Below are positions 1-11,900 of a stretch of 64,000 nucleotides of DNA, in pieces. Under the pieces are notes generated by a model. It made no database searches, was not told where the DNA came from, and was given only the letters and a program-made list of their open reading frames with translations. The stretch's first letter is position 1, and each line of letters starts with the position of its first letter. Made by a program: the position numbers and the translations under genes. Origin of the DNA: Marsupella aquatica (Eukaryota; Plantae; Marchantiophyta); assembly GCA_973895155.1 (NCBI GenBank), contig OZ316897.1, positions 11,679,832-11,743,831 of the forward strand, written 5' to 3'.

Positions 1-1662
1 TTGATATATCAAAATGCTTTGACATTCAAAAATGATATGTTTGTTTTCCCCATTAGGTCGGGTCGATCCAGGTTTGACCCTAAGTTCTTCTTTTATATCT
101 TTTAGATATAATTTTGATTCATTTGGATCTTTGTAGATTTCACTCCTAAATTGCACTCTGATATAAGAAGAAAACTCTTGATTTTGGACCTGAACAAAAT
201 TTGTTGGGATTGCGTCAAAACAAAAAGCTCGGGACCGTTAAGATCTACAACAACTGTGCGGGGTGTGCATTGGGGGAGACGGGGTGGATTCAATTTCATG
301 TACGTGGAAAGGCCAGGGTTGCACCAATTTTTGGAGGTGGCTTTCAAAGGTTTTGATGTCACATTGTGGACTTGTGCGGGGAGGCCAAGAACTAATGAAA
401 TGATGAATTTGATTTTCAAAGAAGAGGAATGGAGGCAATTTAAATTTGTTTTCACACAAGAAGATGCTTTTGATACTGGCATAAAAAGACCGGACGTAGC
501 AGATGGGAAAGCAAATATTATGTTGAAGGATTTGCGTGTGGTGTGGAGTCGTTTTGGAGACAAGTATGATGATACAAACACTCTACTTATTGATGACTCT
601 CCAGTGAAGGCTTTTGCAAATCCACAGTATAGTGGTTTGTTCCCAACTCCCTTCTCACACATTGCCGAGAGTGACACTTTTCTACCAGAGATACTTTGGC
701 CAGTCCTTAGAAAATTGTGGAAGGCTTATGACATCCGACAATATATATCTGTCAACAATCCACTTTGGTCATTTGTTAATATAAATGATGACCGTGAAAG
801 TAATGCTGCAATCTATGATTTACTTTCCCATAAGTGGGGAAGTAAGATTTGGCGTTCCAAGATTGAGTATACCATCTTGGATGTCACTGGAGATGAGATA
901 TGTTGGGAAGTGAGGGATATGGTACAATCCTACCCTACATTTGAGAACCTGACCGAAGATGATATGAAAGATGTGGTCAACAACTGTTTGGGCGAGTCTT
1001 ATGCAGGTCCCTTCAGAGAAAATCCTCGCCGATTTGTCTGGGAAGTTCTAAAGACTAGGGATCTCACCTCTAAGTTTAAAAACCGTTATCCCAAAGACAC
1101 TTGCACTCGTGACAGACTATATGACCCAAATGGAGAGCGACTCACTTGTTCAAATCAGTCATGTAGACATATTCATGGAGGCATAGAATTTGAAATTTTA
1201 GATGATTAATCATTATGTTTCTGTACATTGTAGGACACAAGATTGGAGTCATGCAATCATTTTTCTATTTCACAGGTCATAGAACTACTTTGGACTTTAC
1301 ACTAGCTTGACCATTGGAGTAGGATCGACATTATGGCTAGCCAACCTTGAATATATGTTATGATAAATGAGATGATTAATCTCACTTTGAATTTAATCAT
1401 GAGTTTTTGACCAAATGATACATGTTTGTCACTTATCTATTTAATTTCAAATACAATTAATATTAATATTTTCTGTATTATGATTAATTGATTAAAATCA
1501 AATTTGGAGTGCAAAAGTGTAATTTTAAACCAAAAAGAGTGTATATTTAGTCTTGAAAAATTATTTATTTGGAGCAAAATTAATGGACTTTTTAGAGACA
1601 AGAATGTAAATTTGAGGATCACAATCTGGACTTTTAAATTTCCAGTTTTAATGAATACTGTG
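1..1662. mobile_element. Right end of a putative CACTA/CMC-type DNA transposon inserted into a gypsy gag (left end outside window)
   Basis: The gag reading frame and its purine-rich composition break abruptly at about 1663 into AT-rich DNA. The junction reads CACAGTATTC on the minus strand (CACAG-type terminus). The AT-rich region 1440-1660 has recurring TTTGGAG/TGGACTTTT motifs. No transposase or second terminus is visible. Confidence 0.4.
137..1209 (+). CDS. Last exon of an FCP1/NIF (HAD-like) phosphatase-domain protein with a C-terminal CCCH-like zinc finger
   Basis: Motifs LLILDLNK, ERPGLHQFLE, LWTCA, KDLRVVW, TLLIDDSPVKA are typical of the FCP1-homology family. The C-terminus has C-x14-C-x4-C-x3-H. 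An in-frame TGA at 115 with no ATG before motif I, plus a TTGTAG acceptor at 131-136, implies an upstream exon. Confidence 0.75.
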
Positions 1663-2657
1663 ATATTTGGCCTCCTCTCAGCTGGTTCCCTTCTTGGAAT
1701 CTCAGTTCTTTGAGACCTCTGCTCTATCACATGGGAGGTTAAAAGCCTTATCCCTTCTGCTATTTTCTCTAGGTCAGTCGTGTTTGACCCTGAGCCCGAC
1801 CCTTCCACTTGCACCCTCCTCTCAGTATCTTCTCTCCTCCCAACTACATCCCTGATGACCTCTCTCTCACTCTCTCTCCTCCTTACCACCTCTCTTGTGG
1901 CTTCTCTGTCATTCTCTCTTCTCCTCCTACGCTCATTCACTCTCATTACTGCTCTCTCGACCAAACTCCAATCCGCCGGTCCTTCCGCCCAAGTGGGTTC
2001 TAGGAGATCCATGGCATTCTCTAGCTCATCCCTAAGCTGCTCCCCTGCTGCTCTCAAAAACAGCTCTGACTTTTGGAGCTCAATAATTCTCACATCACGC
2101 CAAGGGAGCTGGCTCATCCTTCGAGTGAACTCTCGAAGTAACTGTTGTGGCTCAAGCCTCTTGTCTCTCTCGTTAACCCAATCTAGGAAGGAAGTGTGAG
2201 TTTCCCTACTCGAATCCTCTAACTGAAATTCCTCTTTCATTCTACGCTCAAAGTCCCTCCAAGTTCTATCCTCTACTGACTTATCTACCAAAACCTGAAC
2301 TGACCCCTTCAAACTTATCTCAACAACCGTGACGAACTTTCGGATCGCCACAACCTCATCCACCATTTGTATCTCGACCTGTGTCTTATACTCTTCTAAA
2401 TATTGGGTAACATCCCGCCCATCAAACCTACCTCTATTTGTGAGTACCGCTTGAAGGCATCTCGATGCCCTCATTTCTTGGTCTCTCTCCCTCCTTTCTA
2501 CTGTTTCCCTCTCTCTCCTTTCACGTTCACTAACCGCATCCTCTTTCTTCATTAGCTGCATGGCAGCCGCCATCATCCTAATCATATCCTCCATAGTCTC
2601 CTCTTTTCTGAAAGCCTCAGAAAAACTCTCTATAGTAGGACTCGTTTCTGAATCCAT
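1663..2657 (-). pseudogene. gag: Retrotransposon gag, truncated by the insertion at about 1662
   Basis: ATG at 2657; gag-like motifs RFDGRDVTQYLEEY and TWRDFERRMKEEF; E/R-rich coiled-coil segments. The ORF tail beyond RRPNI is read-through into unrelated AT-rich DNA. Confidence 0.75.
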
Positions 2658-2823
2658 ACACAAACCAATAACCCTCAAACTATGGTTTCACTTCCTCTTC
2701 CCTCGAATGTTTGGTCACAACAAATCAGTTGTTTCCAACCATTCACAGTTGATCAGCCTCTCAGCTCCTTGAGCTGCCACTGTCGAACTGCCCATCAAGA
2801 GATTAAGAAACCTAGCTCACCCT

Positions 2824-2879
2824 CAATCAATCAATCAATCATTCATCCAATCAATCATTCATCCAATCAATCATTCATC
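2824..2879. repeat. (CAAT/CATT/CATC)n tetranucleotide microsatellite in the gypsy leader
   Basis: caatcaatcaatcaatcattcatccaatcaatcattcatcc... Confidence 0.85.
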
Positions 2880-3144
2880 TTAAGAAACCCTAATTATCTA
2901 TTCTCATTTTCTAATTCCCTCGACCCATGGCTGCCCTTCTGCTCGCCTCCCTTAAGTTCTCAACCCTAAACGAACCTATGGTCCTCAATGATCGTTCCCC
3001 TCGCTCTTCTCTAACTCTTGTCTTATCTTCATTTTCCCTTTCTAGCTTTGTCTCACTCGGACCCCTATTCTTCTCACGTTCAACAGTTTCTAATGGCTTT
3101 CCCATACACTAATCGCATGTCCCTAAAATAATGATTCCGCGAGT

Positions 3145-3162
3145 TCCCCAGTATGGTCGCCA
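3145..3162 (-). promoter_or_regulatory. Primer-binding site, tRNA-Arg type
   Basis: TGGCGACCATACTGGGGA lies 4 nt after the LTR end GACA and resembles the Tat/Ogre PBS TGGCGACTCCACTGGGGA. Confidence 0.75.
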
Positions 3163-3166
3163 CTTA

Positions 3167-5482
3167 TGTCCGGGGAACCGTTAATGGCGGTATGAAATAC
3201 TAGTTTCTTACATTTTTATTTTTTTAGGGACTTTCTTACTTTCTTTTAATCACATGTGTATCAGTTTCTTAATGTGTTTCAATTCGAGTTAAGAGGTTCT
3301 ATTTGGCATAAGTTTTCCTTTCGTATTTTAGCTTCTTTAAAACAAACAATTTACTCTATTCATTCATTCTATTCCTTATTGGTTTAAGCTAGGGTGCTTT
3401 TTGTAGATAATAGATGTTTTAACAAAATTTGTTTTAGTTCACTCCTTAAAATCAATCAAGTCAAATTAAAACGCTTATTCTTATTCCTTGTTTTCAGGAT
3501 AGCTAGAATTCACTCAATCTATTCACAACACTTTTGCAACATCCAAGACTTTTCAGAAACACTCTTTTTTATTTCTTCTCCTTTTTATTCATTTTAAACC
3601 CTTTTAAGGTTTCGAAATTACAACATCTTTGTAGTCTACAAAGTCATCATTGTCGGCTCTTCCTCATACAGGGCCTCGACTCAGCTCAGGTCAGGTCTCA
3701 AGGTCAGGTTCAGCTGGTCTTATTCACGGTTGCTTAGCTAATCATCAATTGTTAACCCAAGGCACTCACTACATAACTTCAAACGTCGTTTTGCTTCTTC
3801 CTTTTCGGCTTCCTTTTCCTCCTTTTTAAGCACTCTATAATTCTTTCTTTCCTGCCCCATCTCCTTGTCTTCCCAATCCCAAAGGAGGAAAAATTTTCTC
3901 CCTGCCATCTCTACTTCCTTCCTCTAGTTTATAATTTATTTACTTTAGGCCTGGTTCCCTACTTTTACACTAAGCTTCAAAATTGCTTTTCCCCTGTCTT
4001 GCGCACATCATTCCCTTGTTTTAATCTCCGTTCAACAACGTCCATCGCTTTTTTTGAGGTCCTCTGTAAAACACAAATTTCAAGCTCCACAGCCTTCTAC
4101 ATCTCAGCACTCGATTTCCTTTTTCGTTTTCTCAGCTCCCGATCAATTCTAACTTCCAAGCCTTCACTGACGTCGATCCACAGCCGTAGCCTCTTTCTCC
4201 TATGAACTTTAAGAAAATTTTCTCAACCTCCACGATGACGCGCGCAACTCTTCCTATATCTCTATTTCTTCATTAGAACTCCCGGACTCCATCTGAGATC
4301 CACGATTGCCTGGCCTCCATCTTGAATTCAGCCTCCACTACCTCCTGTTTCGTCCGAGAATCCTCTCTTCAACGCCGCCCTTCGCTTATCTGAACACAGT
4401 CGAGTTAAGAATGACCTCGATCACCCTTTTACCATTTCAGCTGTAAGTTTTTATCTTCTCTCGCCCTTCGAACGCTACTGACGATTTCATTCCTTGGAAG
4501 CTCCTCGTTCAGTGTTGTTCATTCTCACTCAGAAGGCTTTAATTGCCTCCGTTCAGAATCAGTCTCAAGCACTTCCTATAAAGTTCAATCCCTTGTAATC
4601 AAATCTATCTCATCTTTAAACGTTTTCTTCTACTCAAGATTATATTGCTTTGCTCTCTAGATTCCACGGTTGATCTCATCAACGATGCTCAATCCAAGTC
4701 CATTCTACCGTTGCGCACTTTATCTGCCTTTTTTCATAGTCTGTACTTTGATCTTTATGAGCTTATATGCTCCTGTCACCAACGCCCGATCCCAGCCTCT
4801 AAGACCTTTCTCATTGTAACGAAGCTTACTCCTTCAACGTTCGGCAACACTTCCTTCTCATTTGCTCACAAAATCCTTCAATAATCACCACGACACTCTG
4901 CCAACGTTCCGCTGTTTCACTCTCAACTCACCCAAAAAAACTATCGTGCCCCTCAGCCTTCACCCGAAGATCCAAAATCTCAACATTCACCATCCACTCA
5001 CGAACTCCATAGCGCCTTCGTCTAATTCACCCGAAGAACGAAAATTCCACAACAACCTTTTCTTTCGGCTGAATCTCCCCCTTTTTCCTCTAAACTTCTG
5101 AGCGCACAGAGCATCCTTCGAAAACTTTTTGCCCTATTCCTCCCGTCCTCCTTATCGCTTCCTCACTTGATCACTTATCAATTGCCTCCTTTCCCCCTTT
5201 TCCTTCCTCTCTTCATTTCCTCCTTCCTGTCAACTCTTTCCCAAGAATCCCTCTAACGTCCTCCGCGCCTCCAACTGCCATCTCCAACATGTCCTTATGA
5301 ATTCAAATACTCCCCAGGCCGCCACATGTCACTTCCACATTAAATGCCTCAAATTCCTTATGCCTAAGCTTCAACTTTCACCCTTTATTCCTCTTTTGTC
5401 TCACTCACCTTCATCTCAAGTTCAGTTTACTCTTTGTTTCTTTCTTTCACAAACGGAGAACTAAATCATTTCGAGCCGGACA
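3167..5482 (-). repeat. 5' LTR (about 2.3 kb) of the gypsy element
   Basis: Bounded by the 7-bp inverted termini TGTCCGG (3167) and CCGGACA (5482), adjacent to the PBS. The partner LTR is outside the window. Confidence 0.7.
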
Positions 5483-6845
5483 AAAGCAAGTCGACTAGAT
5501 CCAGCACACTCCACTTCAATTGTCAAACATTTTTCTCGATGACATCGTCGTCGGAATCGCAATGTGATCGGTGCGCCGCGTTGCCAACTTCAATGGCTAC
5601 GACCTCGCCGAAAAAGAACCAAAAAAGTTACCGTTCGGCAGACAGAATCTTTGTGGGATGGCCAAAAAACAACTCTATGTTTTTCGGGAATATTCTTGCA
5701 CAGTCCGACAGGTCTCACAGGGGGCCGTTCCCCCTGTCTAAGCGGTTAAAATGGAGGGTCACAGGGCCCGGGATGCGGCACAACCAATGAGGAGGAGGAG
5801 AAAAAAATAATAAAAAAAAAGCACTTTAAAGGGGTCTTAAAGCCCCTGGAAAAGGTGCACGTATTTGCGGCCATGCACGCATATTCTTGACCAAAATCGC
5901 GTATAAACTTCCACAAAACGTGAAAAAACGGGTTTAAAGGGGTCAAAATGTGCGTATTTTTGCATATTTGGGCCGTATAAGGGCATTTTGGGCCGTATTT
6001 TCACCAGAAAAGCACATTTTCGTGCTTAAAGGGGTGTGGGAGGCCGGGGCGCGCGCCGGGGCATATGGCAAAGTAGGTTTGTCGGGATTTGAAGGTATAC
6101 AGGCCGTATGGGGGCAAAAAAATGCCCTAAACTAACCTTAAAATGTGCCAAAAAAATAACACAAAGGCCGTGTTACAAACCTCAGGTGCCTCCGCTTCGG
6201 TTTCCAATGAGAAAAGTGATGACCGCCGACATGAAATGTTGCCAAATTGCACCAGCACAGTCTGCAGATCCAGTAGAGTAAAAAACTTATGTCGCATCGT
6301 CTTCACTCCACGTCAAGTGCCAATCCCGGACTCAAAACGATCGCCTCACCACGATCTCTCCGTTGAGCCTCAGCACTTCGCATTTCTTCCTCCGAGTCAA
6401 GCATCACGACGAGTAATCCGGTTCAGGGAAAAACAAGCACCATAGCTTGTCAAAAAACCAGAACTCAACTTTCACTCGTCACGATGCACTCGCTCCACAA
6501 ACGCCAGCAAACCAGGTACCAAAACGACCAGTTCGCTTCAACCTTCAACTTGAGCTATAACATGCGATGCCTCTCGCACCGCACAGCTCACACCGTTGAA
6601 AAAACAATCTCTGGTCTCTCTCCCAAAATCCCATCGAACACGAATAAACCCTGAATGATGCAAACTTCAATTCCTCCGCACCACGGATACCGATCAGCAA
6701 GTTCTAACCACCGTTAGAAATCCCTCTCACTAACCTATTCGCTCAGCCACACACATTCAAGTTTCATGCGATGAAACCCCGAATGCAACACCAACAATGA
6801 ACGCTGGAAAACCGTCACGAAAAAACCTCATCACCTCCCAGGCAT

Positions 6846-6857
6846 GCTCTGATACCA
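6846..6857 (-). promoter_or_regulatory. Primer-binding site, tRNA-iMet
   Basis: TGGTATCAGAGC on the minus strand, 2 nt from the LTR end CAACA. Confidence 0.85.
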
Positions 6858-6859
6858 TT

Positions 6860-7204
6860 TGTTGAGCATAGACGACATTCGCAACGGCAAGCCCATGAAC
6901 CATCCAACGCACAATAGTCGACATAGAGAGATACGTGGTTCACCTCCACATGAGGCTACGTCCACGGGAACACACAAGAGCTTTACTGCACTCTAGGCCG
7001 ACCGGCCATACCAAGCATCTACAACACAAGCTCTCCTTATCTCTCAACTAGCTCCGTAACAATGAGCCTGAGTTCCCCCTCACCAAGCAAACACCGCTTG
7101 GTTATAGAGTGTGCACAACATGACTAACCTAACCAAGTCTACGACTAAGGTTAGCCTTAACTACGGTACAGTCATAACTCTAGACCTAAGAGTAAATCCT
7201 AACA
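6860..7204 (-). repeat. LTR (about 345 bp)
   Basis: Minus strand reads TGTTAGGA...CTCAACA. It contains the copia-LTR-like GTGGACGTAG...GAACCACGT motif and a TATAA-like box. Confidence 0.7.
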
Positions 7205-7414
7205 TAAAAGACGTCATTGCCTTAAAGATGGTGTGGCCCAACCAAGGAAAGATAGAAAATCTACTTTGGCAAAAATTTAGAGGGTCCACATACAAAATAT
7301 CGGAATATATGGTTTAGGATGGGATTCCAACCAATTTGTAGCACCAAATCTCAATTGTTTTTATAAATATATGTCCCTTCACAAAAAACAAAAAATTGAT
7401 GAAAATGTATACTG

Positions 7415-7524
7415 TGTTAGACTCTACCTCTAGCCGGACGACCGGACCAGCCGGTCACCCAACCAGACTATATGTACCTTCATTCATGGCTATTCACATG
7501 CTCATTGACATTCACTCTATACTA
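7415..7524 (+). repeat. 5' LTR (110 bp, TG..TA)
   Basis: Near-identical to 13910-14016, with a few substitutions and one 3-bp indel. Confidence 0.95.
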
Positions 7525-7538
7525 CGTTATCAGCACGA
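7525..7538 (+). promoter_or_regulatory. Non-canonical PBS complementary to the anticodon arm of tRNA-Ile (half-tRNA priming)
   Basis: CGTTATCAGCACGA immediately follows the 5' LTR; its reverse complement is TCGTGCTGATAACG. Confidence 0.75.
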
Positions 7539-8946
7539 ATTGTCTCTCCAAGGATCTGAGCAAGGCTATGGCGAATTGAGAGTGCACGTTGAAAGAAGTA
7601 ATGTAAGCTTTCCAGAAACACTAAAGTGAGGACACGGAGTGGGTGATATGTGGATCAAATCGGTTGACCAAATCAGGCCCAGAATTCAAAGAGCGAAGAA
7701 GAACTTTTCAAAAGGAGACGGGAAAACTTTGATCTGGCCACACAACGATCAGACGTGAAGAAAGAAAATTTTTGAGAGGCTCACAAGCAGATTACCCCCT
7801 CGTACTTCCTTATGTTTATTGGAACTTGAATGATGAATGAAGGATCAAAGAAACACATCGAGGAGAATTAAAGGAAAGGATAGCATCGAATGGGAGACCC
7901 ACTGAGGAAGCATCGACCTACGCCCTTTCAATTACCCTTTGATAAGGAACATCAAATAGAAAATAAGACTGTTTTTTCACTTCAAAAATTGAAGGCGAAA
8001 GGGGCGTTTGCCTAATAGACAAATTTTGAGTCAGCACCGAAAGGAAGGCATCAAACTGCGTTATGTTAATTTGCTCTCGATAAGGAGGAAGATGAGGAGA
8101 AATGATAAGGACGCCGGTGGACCACAAGCAGGCTGAAACGCCACGACCTGAATTTTTTTTCTTTCGAAGAGTGAAGCTAAAAGCTAGCCGAATGCAGGAT
8201 GGATAGCAGAACCCCTCCGCTGTGCAAATCAAACGAAAGAGGGGAAAGAAAACATCGAGAAATAAAGAGAGGAAGAAAAAGGAGATTACAGAGATCCAAG
8301 AAATTCTGTGTTGACTCGAAGGAGATCACGAATCGAAGAGCAACATCGAAAATACTCAATAAGGGCAGCATTGAAGGAGAGATTCGCGAGGAGGCGCAGC
8401 AGCGAAGTAGCAGAAATTTTTGAAGGGCTATGAAGGATAGACGGACAACAGGCTGAAAACGACTTGGACCAAAGAAGGAAGAAAGAAGTGCCCAAGAACG
8501 CCATCGAAGGAGGACGAGAGGGAAAATCGTGAAGGCAAACCAGATCGAGAGGGGCACCATAGCCCCACGAGATAAATTACCTAACCGCCAATCCATCCCT
8601 AAGCGCAACTCATTTCCAATGGAACTCAAAATAACAAAGGAAGAAGAGCACTCAAACACATAACTGCAACCCTAAGTGCATAACCGGATAATTGCACCAA
8701 AATACAAAGGAATCCTAAAATACAAAGAAGAGAATGTAGTTATACATTTACAAAGAAAATCAACTTACTAAGTGCAAAACCTAAATTCCGCAAAAACCCA
8801 ATCATTCTTGCTTAACTCGCCAATGACTTAGATTGCTTTCCTCAACCCTTTTTCCACCATTGCATGCGGCAAATGTGCATTGTCTTTTGACTATACATAT
8901 ATTATATAAACACGCACACCACCACTGCACGCTAGGACCCTTAGAG

Positions 8947-11900
8947 ATGGCCAACCTTGAGAAACTAACCTTTCCCGCCCTAGAAATTGATCGTGGCAAC
9001 TACCTAGAATGGTCCCTGAACCTCAAGGAGAACCTAACCTCGCTAACTCTACTCCCCGCTATAGGGCTCGCTCAACCCATCCTAGCCGGCGAACCCCAAC
9101 CAGACCCGTTAACTAAAGCCAACGAATCTAAGGCTCTCGTATTCCTTAGACGCCATATCCATAGATTCCTGCAAAGACAATACATGCACCTCTCAACCCC
9201 TCGTGAACTATGGACAGCGCTCCAAACCCGATTCGACCACCAAAAATTGGTTGAACTACCTAAAGCCAGGCAAGACTGGCTAAACCTACGAGTCCGGGAC
9301 TTTACCTCTATTTCAGCCTACAATAGCGAACTCTTTAGAATAACATCAACCCTCGCACTATGTGGCGAGCCGGTCACAGACAAGGATCTGCTAGAGAAGA
9401 CCTTGTCTACATTTCATTCATCGAATGTGTGGCTATCAACACAGTATCAAAACATGAAGTTCGGGCAATACTCCGAGCTCATAGCCCACCTCCTAGTCAC
9501 CAAAAGAAACCAAGAACTTCTTTTAGTAAACTCTAGAAAACGACCTGCGGGCACACTGCCCTCAGGACAACAGAATGAAACCCATAACATAGAAAATGCT
9601 AAACCCTCCACATCGAGGCAAGGCATTAAGCGCACTAAGAATGACAACCGAAGAAACACCCACAATAGGGGGAGTTTCTATAACCAACGTCCACAATATA
9701 ACTCTCAACGGACCTTTAGAGGACGTGGAGGATGTGGTGGACGAGAAGGACGTGGAGGACGCGGAGGACGAGGAGGACGTGGTGGACGCGGCGGTGGTAG
9801 AACATATAACAATAACCGTAGAAACGATTGGTCACAATCCCGACAACAACGGGAACGACCAAAATGCCATGAATGTGGCATGACAAACCATCTAGCGAGA
9901 AACTGTAGAATCCCACAACACCTTAGAGATCTATACCAACGGTCCATCCAGGATGGACAAACCTCTAGGCCACCACCCTGTGAAACCCACGGGGCGTTTA
10001 TGGACTTTTCAGACCTACCTGCCCAACCCGAGGCACACTTAGTGGCAAGTAGCTCCACTACACCAGATTTAAATAGTCCAAGCACATGTATTATCGACAG
10101 TGCGACCACGCATACTATCCTCAGGGATAGGCACCTTTTCCACAAGATTACACCCTCACGTAGATCCTTGACCACTATAAATGGCCCTAGCCAAATAGAA
10201 GAAGGCTTCGGCCCAACTTCCATTAGACTACCGCAAGGTACAGCGATTCACATAGAATCTACCATTTTTGCTCCGAATGCAACCCGTAATCTTCTCAGTT
10301 TCAGAGATATACGAGCAAATGGACTACATGTCCAGACGGGCGATACAAGAGACCAGGAAGTGATACACTTGGTTGAAAATACCCCTACGGGGAAAATCAT
10401 TAAAGAACCCTTTTCTCGTACCCCTGCGGGTTTTATGTAACTCATATTGAATGCCTGCATAACAATGCCAACACAAGTGAATTGCATGCGCTTTGGCATG
10501 CACGCCTCGGCCACCCCGGCCAATCAATGCTAACCAAAATCATTAAGAATTCAAGAGGCATTCCAATCAATACACGACACATTCCAGCAAGCACCCCATG
10601 CACTGCATGCTCACGCGGAAAATTAATAACAAGGCCCACGGCATCAAAATTGCCAACTAAAATACCCCAATTCTTGGAAATAATCCACGCAGATGTTTGC
10701 GGGCCAATTAACCCACCAAGCGGACCTTTCCGCTACTTTATGGTATTAATCAACGCATTCACTAAATGGTCAAATGTGACCCTGCTTTCAACAAGGAACA
10801 TGGTGATGCCTCGCATCTTGGCGCAAATCTTGCGCATGAAAGCACAATTCCTAGATCATCCCATTAAGACACTAAGGGTGGACAATGCAGGGGAATTCAC
10901 ATCCAAAACATTTGATGACTTTTGTACATCACTTGGCATCAACGTACAATATCCTGTACCTCACGTGCATTTTTAGAATGGATTAGCTGAAGCGGTCATT
11001 AAACGCCTTCAGTTAATCGCACGCCCACTACTAATGCAGTCAAAACTCCCAGTCTCAGCATGGGGACATGCCATATCACAGGCTAATGCATTAATCCAAT
11101 ACCGCCCATCGGACTTTAATACCTATAGCCCATACCAAATTGCTAATGGTATCAAACCTGACCTATCACACCTTCGTTCATTTGGATGTCAAGTAATGGT
11201 CCCCATTACTCCACCCAAACGAACCAAGATGGGACCCCAACGACAGTTGGGGATATACATCGGATTCAACTCTCCGTCCATAATCCAATATATGGAGCCT
11301 ACAACTAGCGACATTTTTAAATCCAGATTTCTAGATTGCCATTTCGATGAAAATGTTTATCCACCATTAATAACCCCTGAACACCCACAACCACCGTTGG
11401 AGTGGGAAAGACATTCGCCATTTTGGCAAGACCTTAGAACCAATCAAGGGGAGAAAGAAGTTCAACAAATTTTGCAACTCCACAAGATTGTGGAAGATCT
11501 TCCCGACGCTTTCGTCGATACATCATAAGTTAGCCGCTCACATATTCCAGCTGCGAGAGCATCTGCTCGCATCGAATTATCAAGTGAGCCAGCAAGTACA
11601 TCCCAACCTCATGCCAAACGTGGCAGACCCTTGGGATCAAAGGATAAACAACCAAGAAGGCGTGGTTCATCTATACCACCTTCACCTAATATCGATCATA
11701 CCAAATCCACAACTCATGAAGAGATTTCTATCCACTACGCACACACCGGTACGATGTGGGATAGAAATACTACTTCAATAGATGATGCTTTTGCATTAAT
11801 GGTGGCAACACATATCACTGACGATACACCTGAACCAATATCTATCTTAGAATGCCAAAACAGACCAGATTGGCCTGAATGGCAAAAAGCTATAAATGGA

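Larger units (their letters stand above)
1663..5482 (-). mobile_element. 5' part of a Ty3/gypsy LTR retrotransposon (non-chromovirus, Tat/Phygy-like)
   Basis: Minus-strand order is LTR (5482-3167), PBS (3162-3145), leader, gag (2657-1663). Confidence 0.8.
5483..7204 (-). mobile_element. 5' end of a tRNA-Met-primed LTR retroelement (probably Ty1/copia), interrupted by the gypsy element
   Basis: LTR 6860-7204 followed by a Met PBS and non-coding internal sequence. No gag/pol ORF is visible before the gypsy insertion at 5482. Confidence 0.65.

Noticed and set aside
102-677. Antisense and alternate-frame ORFs overlapping real genes (also 9705-10223, 23729-24121, 48440-48790)
   Set aside because: These are shadow frames of coding sequence with no independent evidence.
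1437-1662. Hydrophobic C-terminus of the 413-aa ORF as an env-like or membrane domain
   Set aside because: It is read-through into AT-rich inserted DNA, not part of gag.
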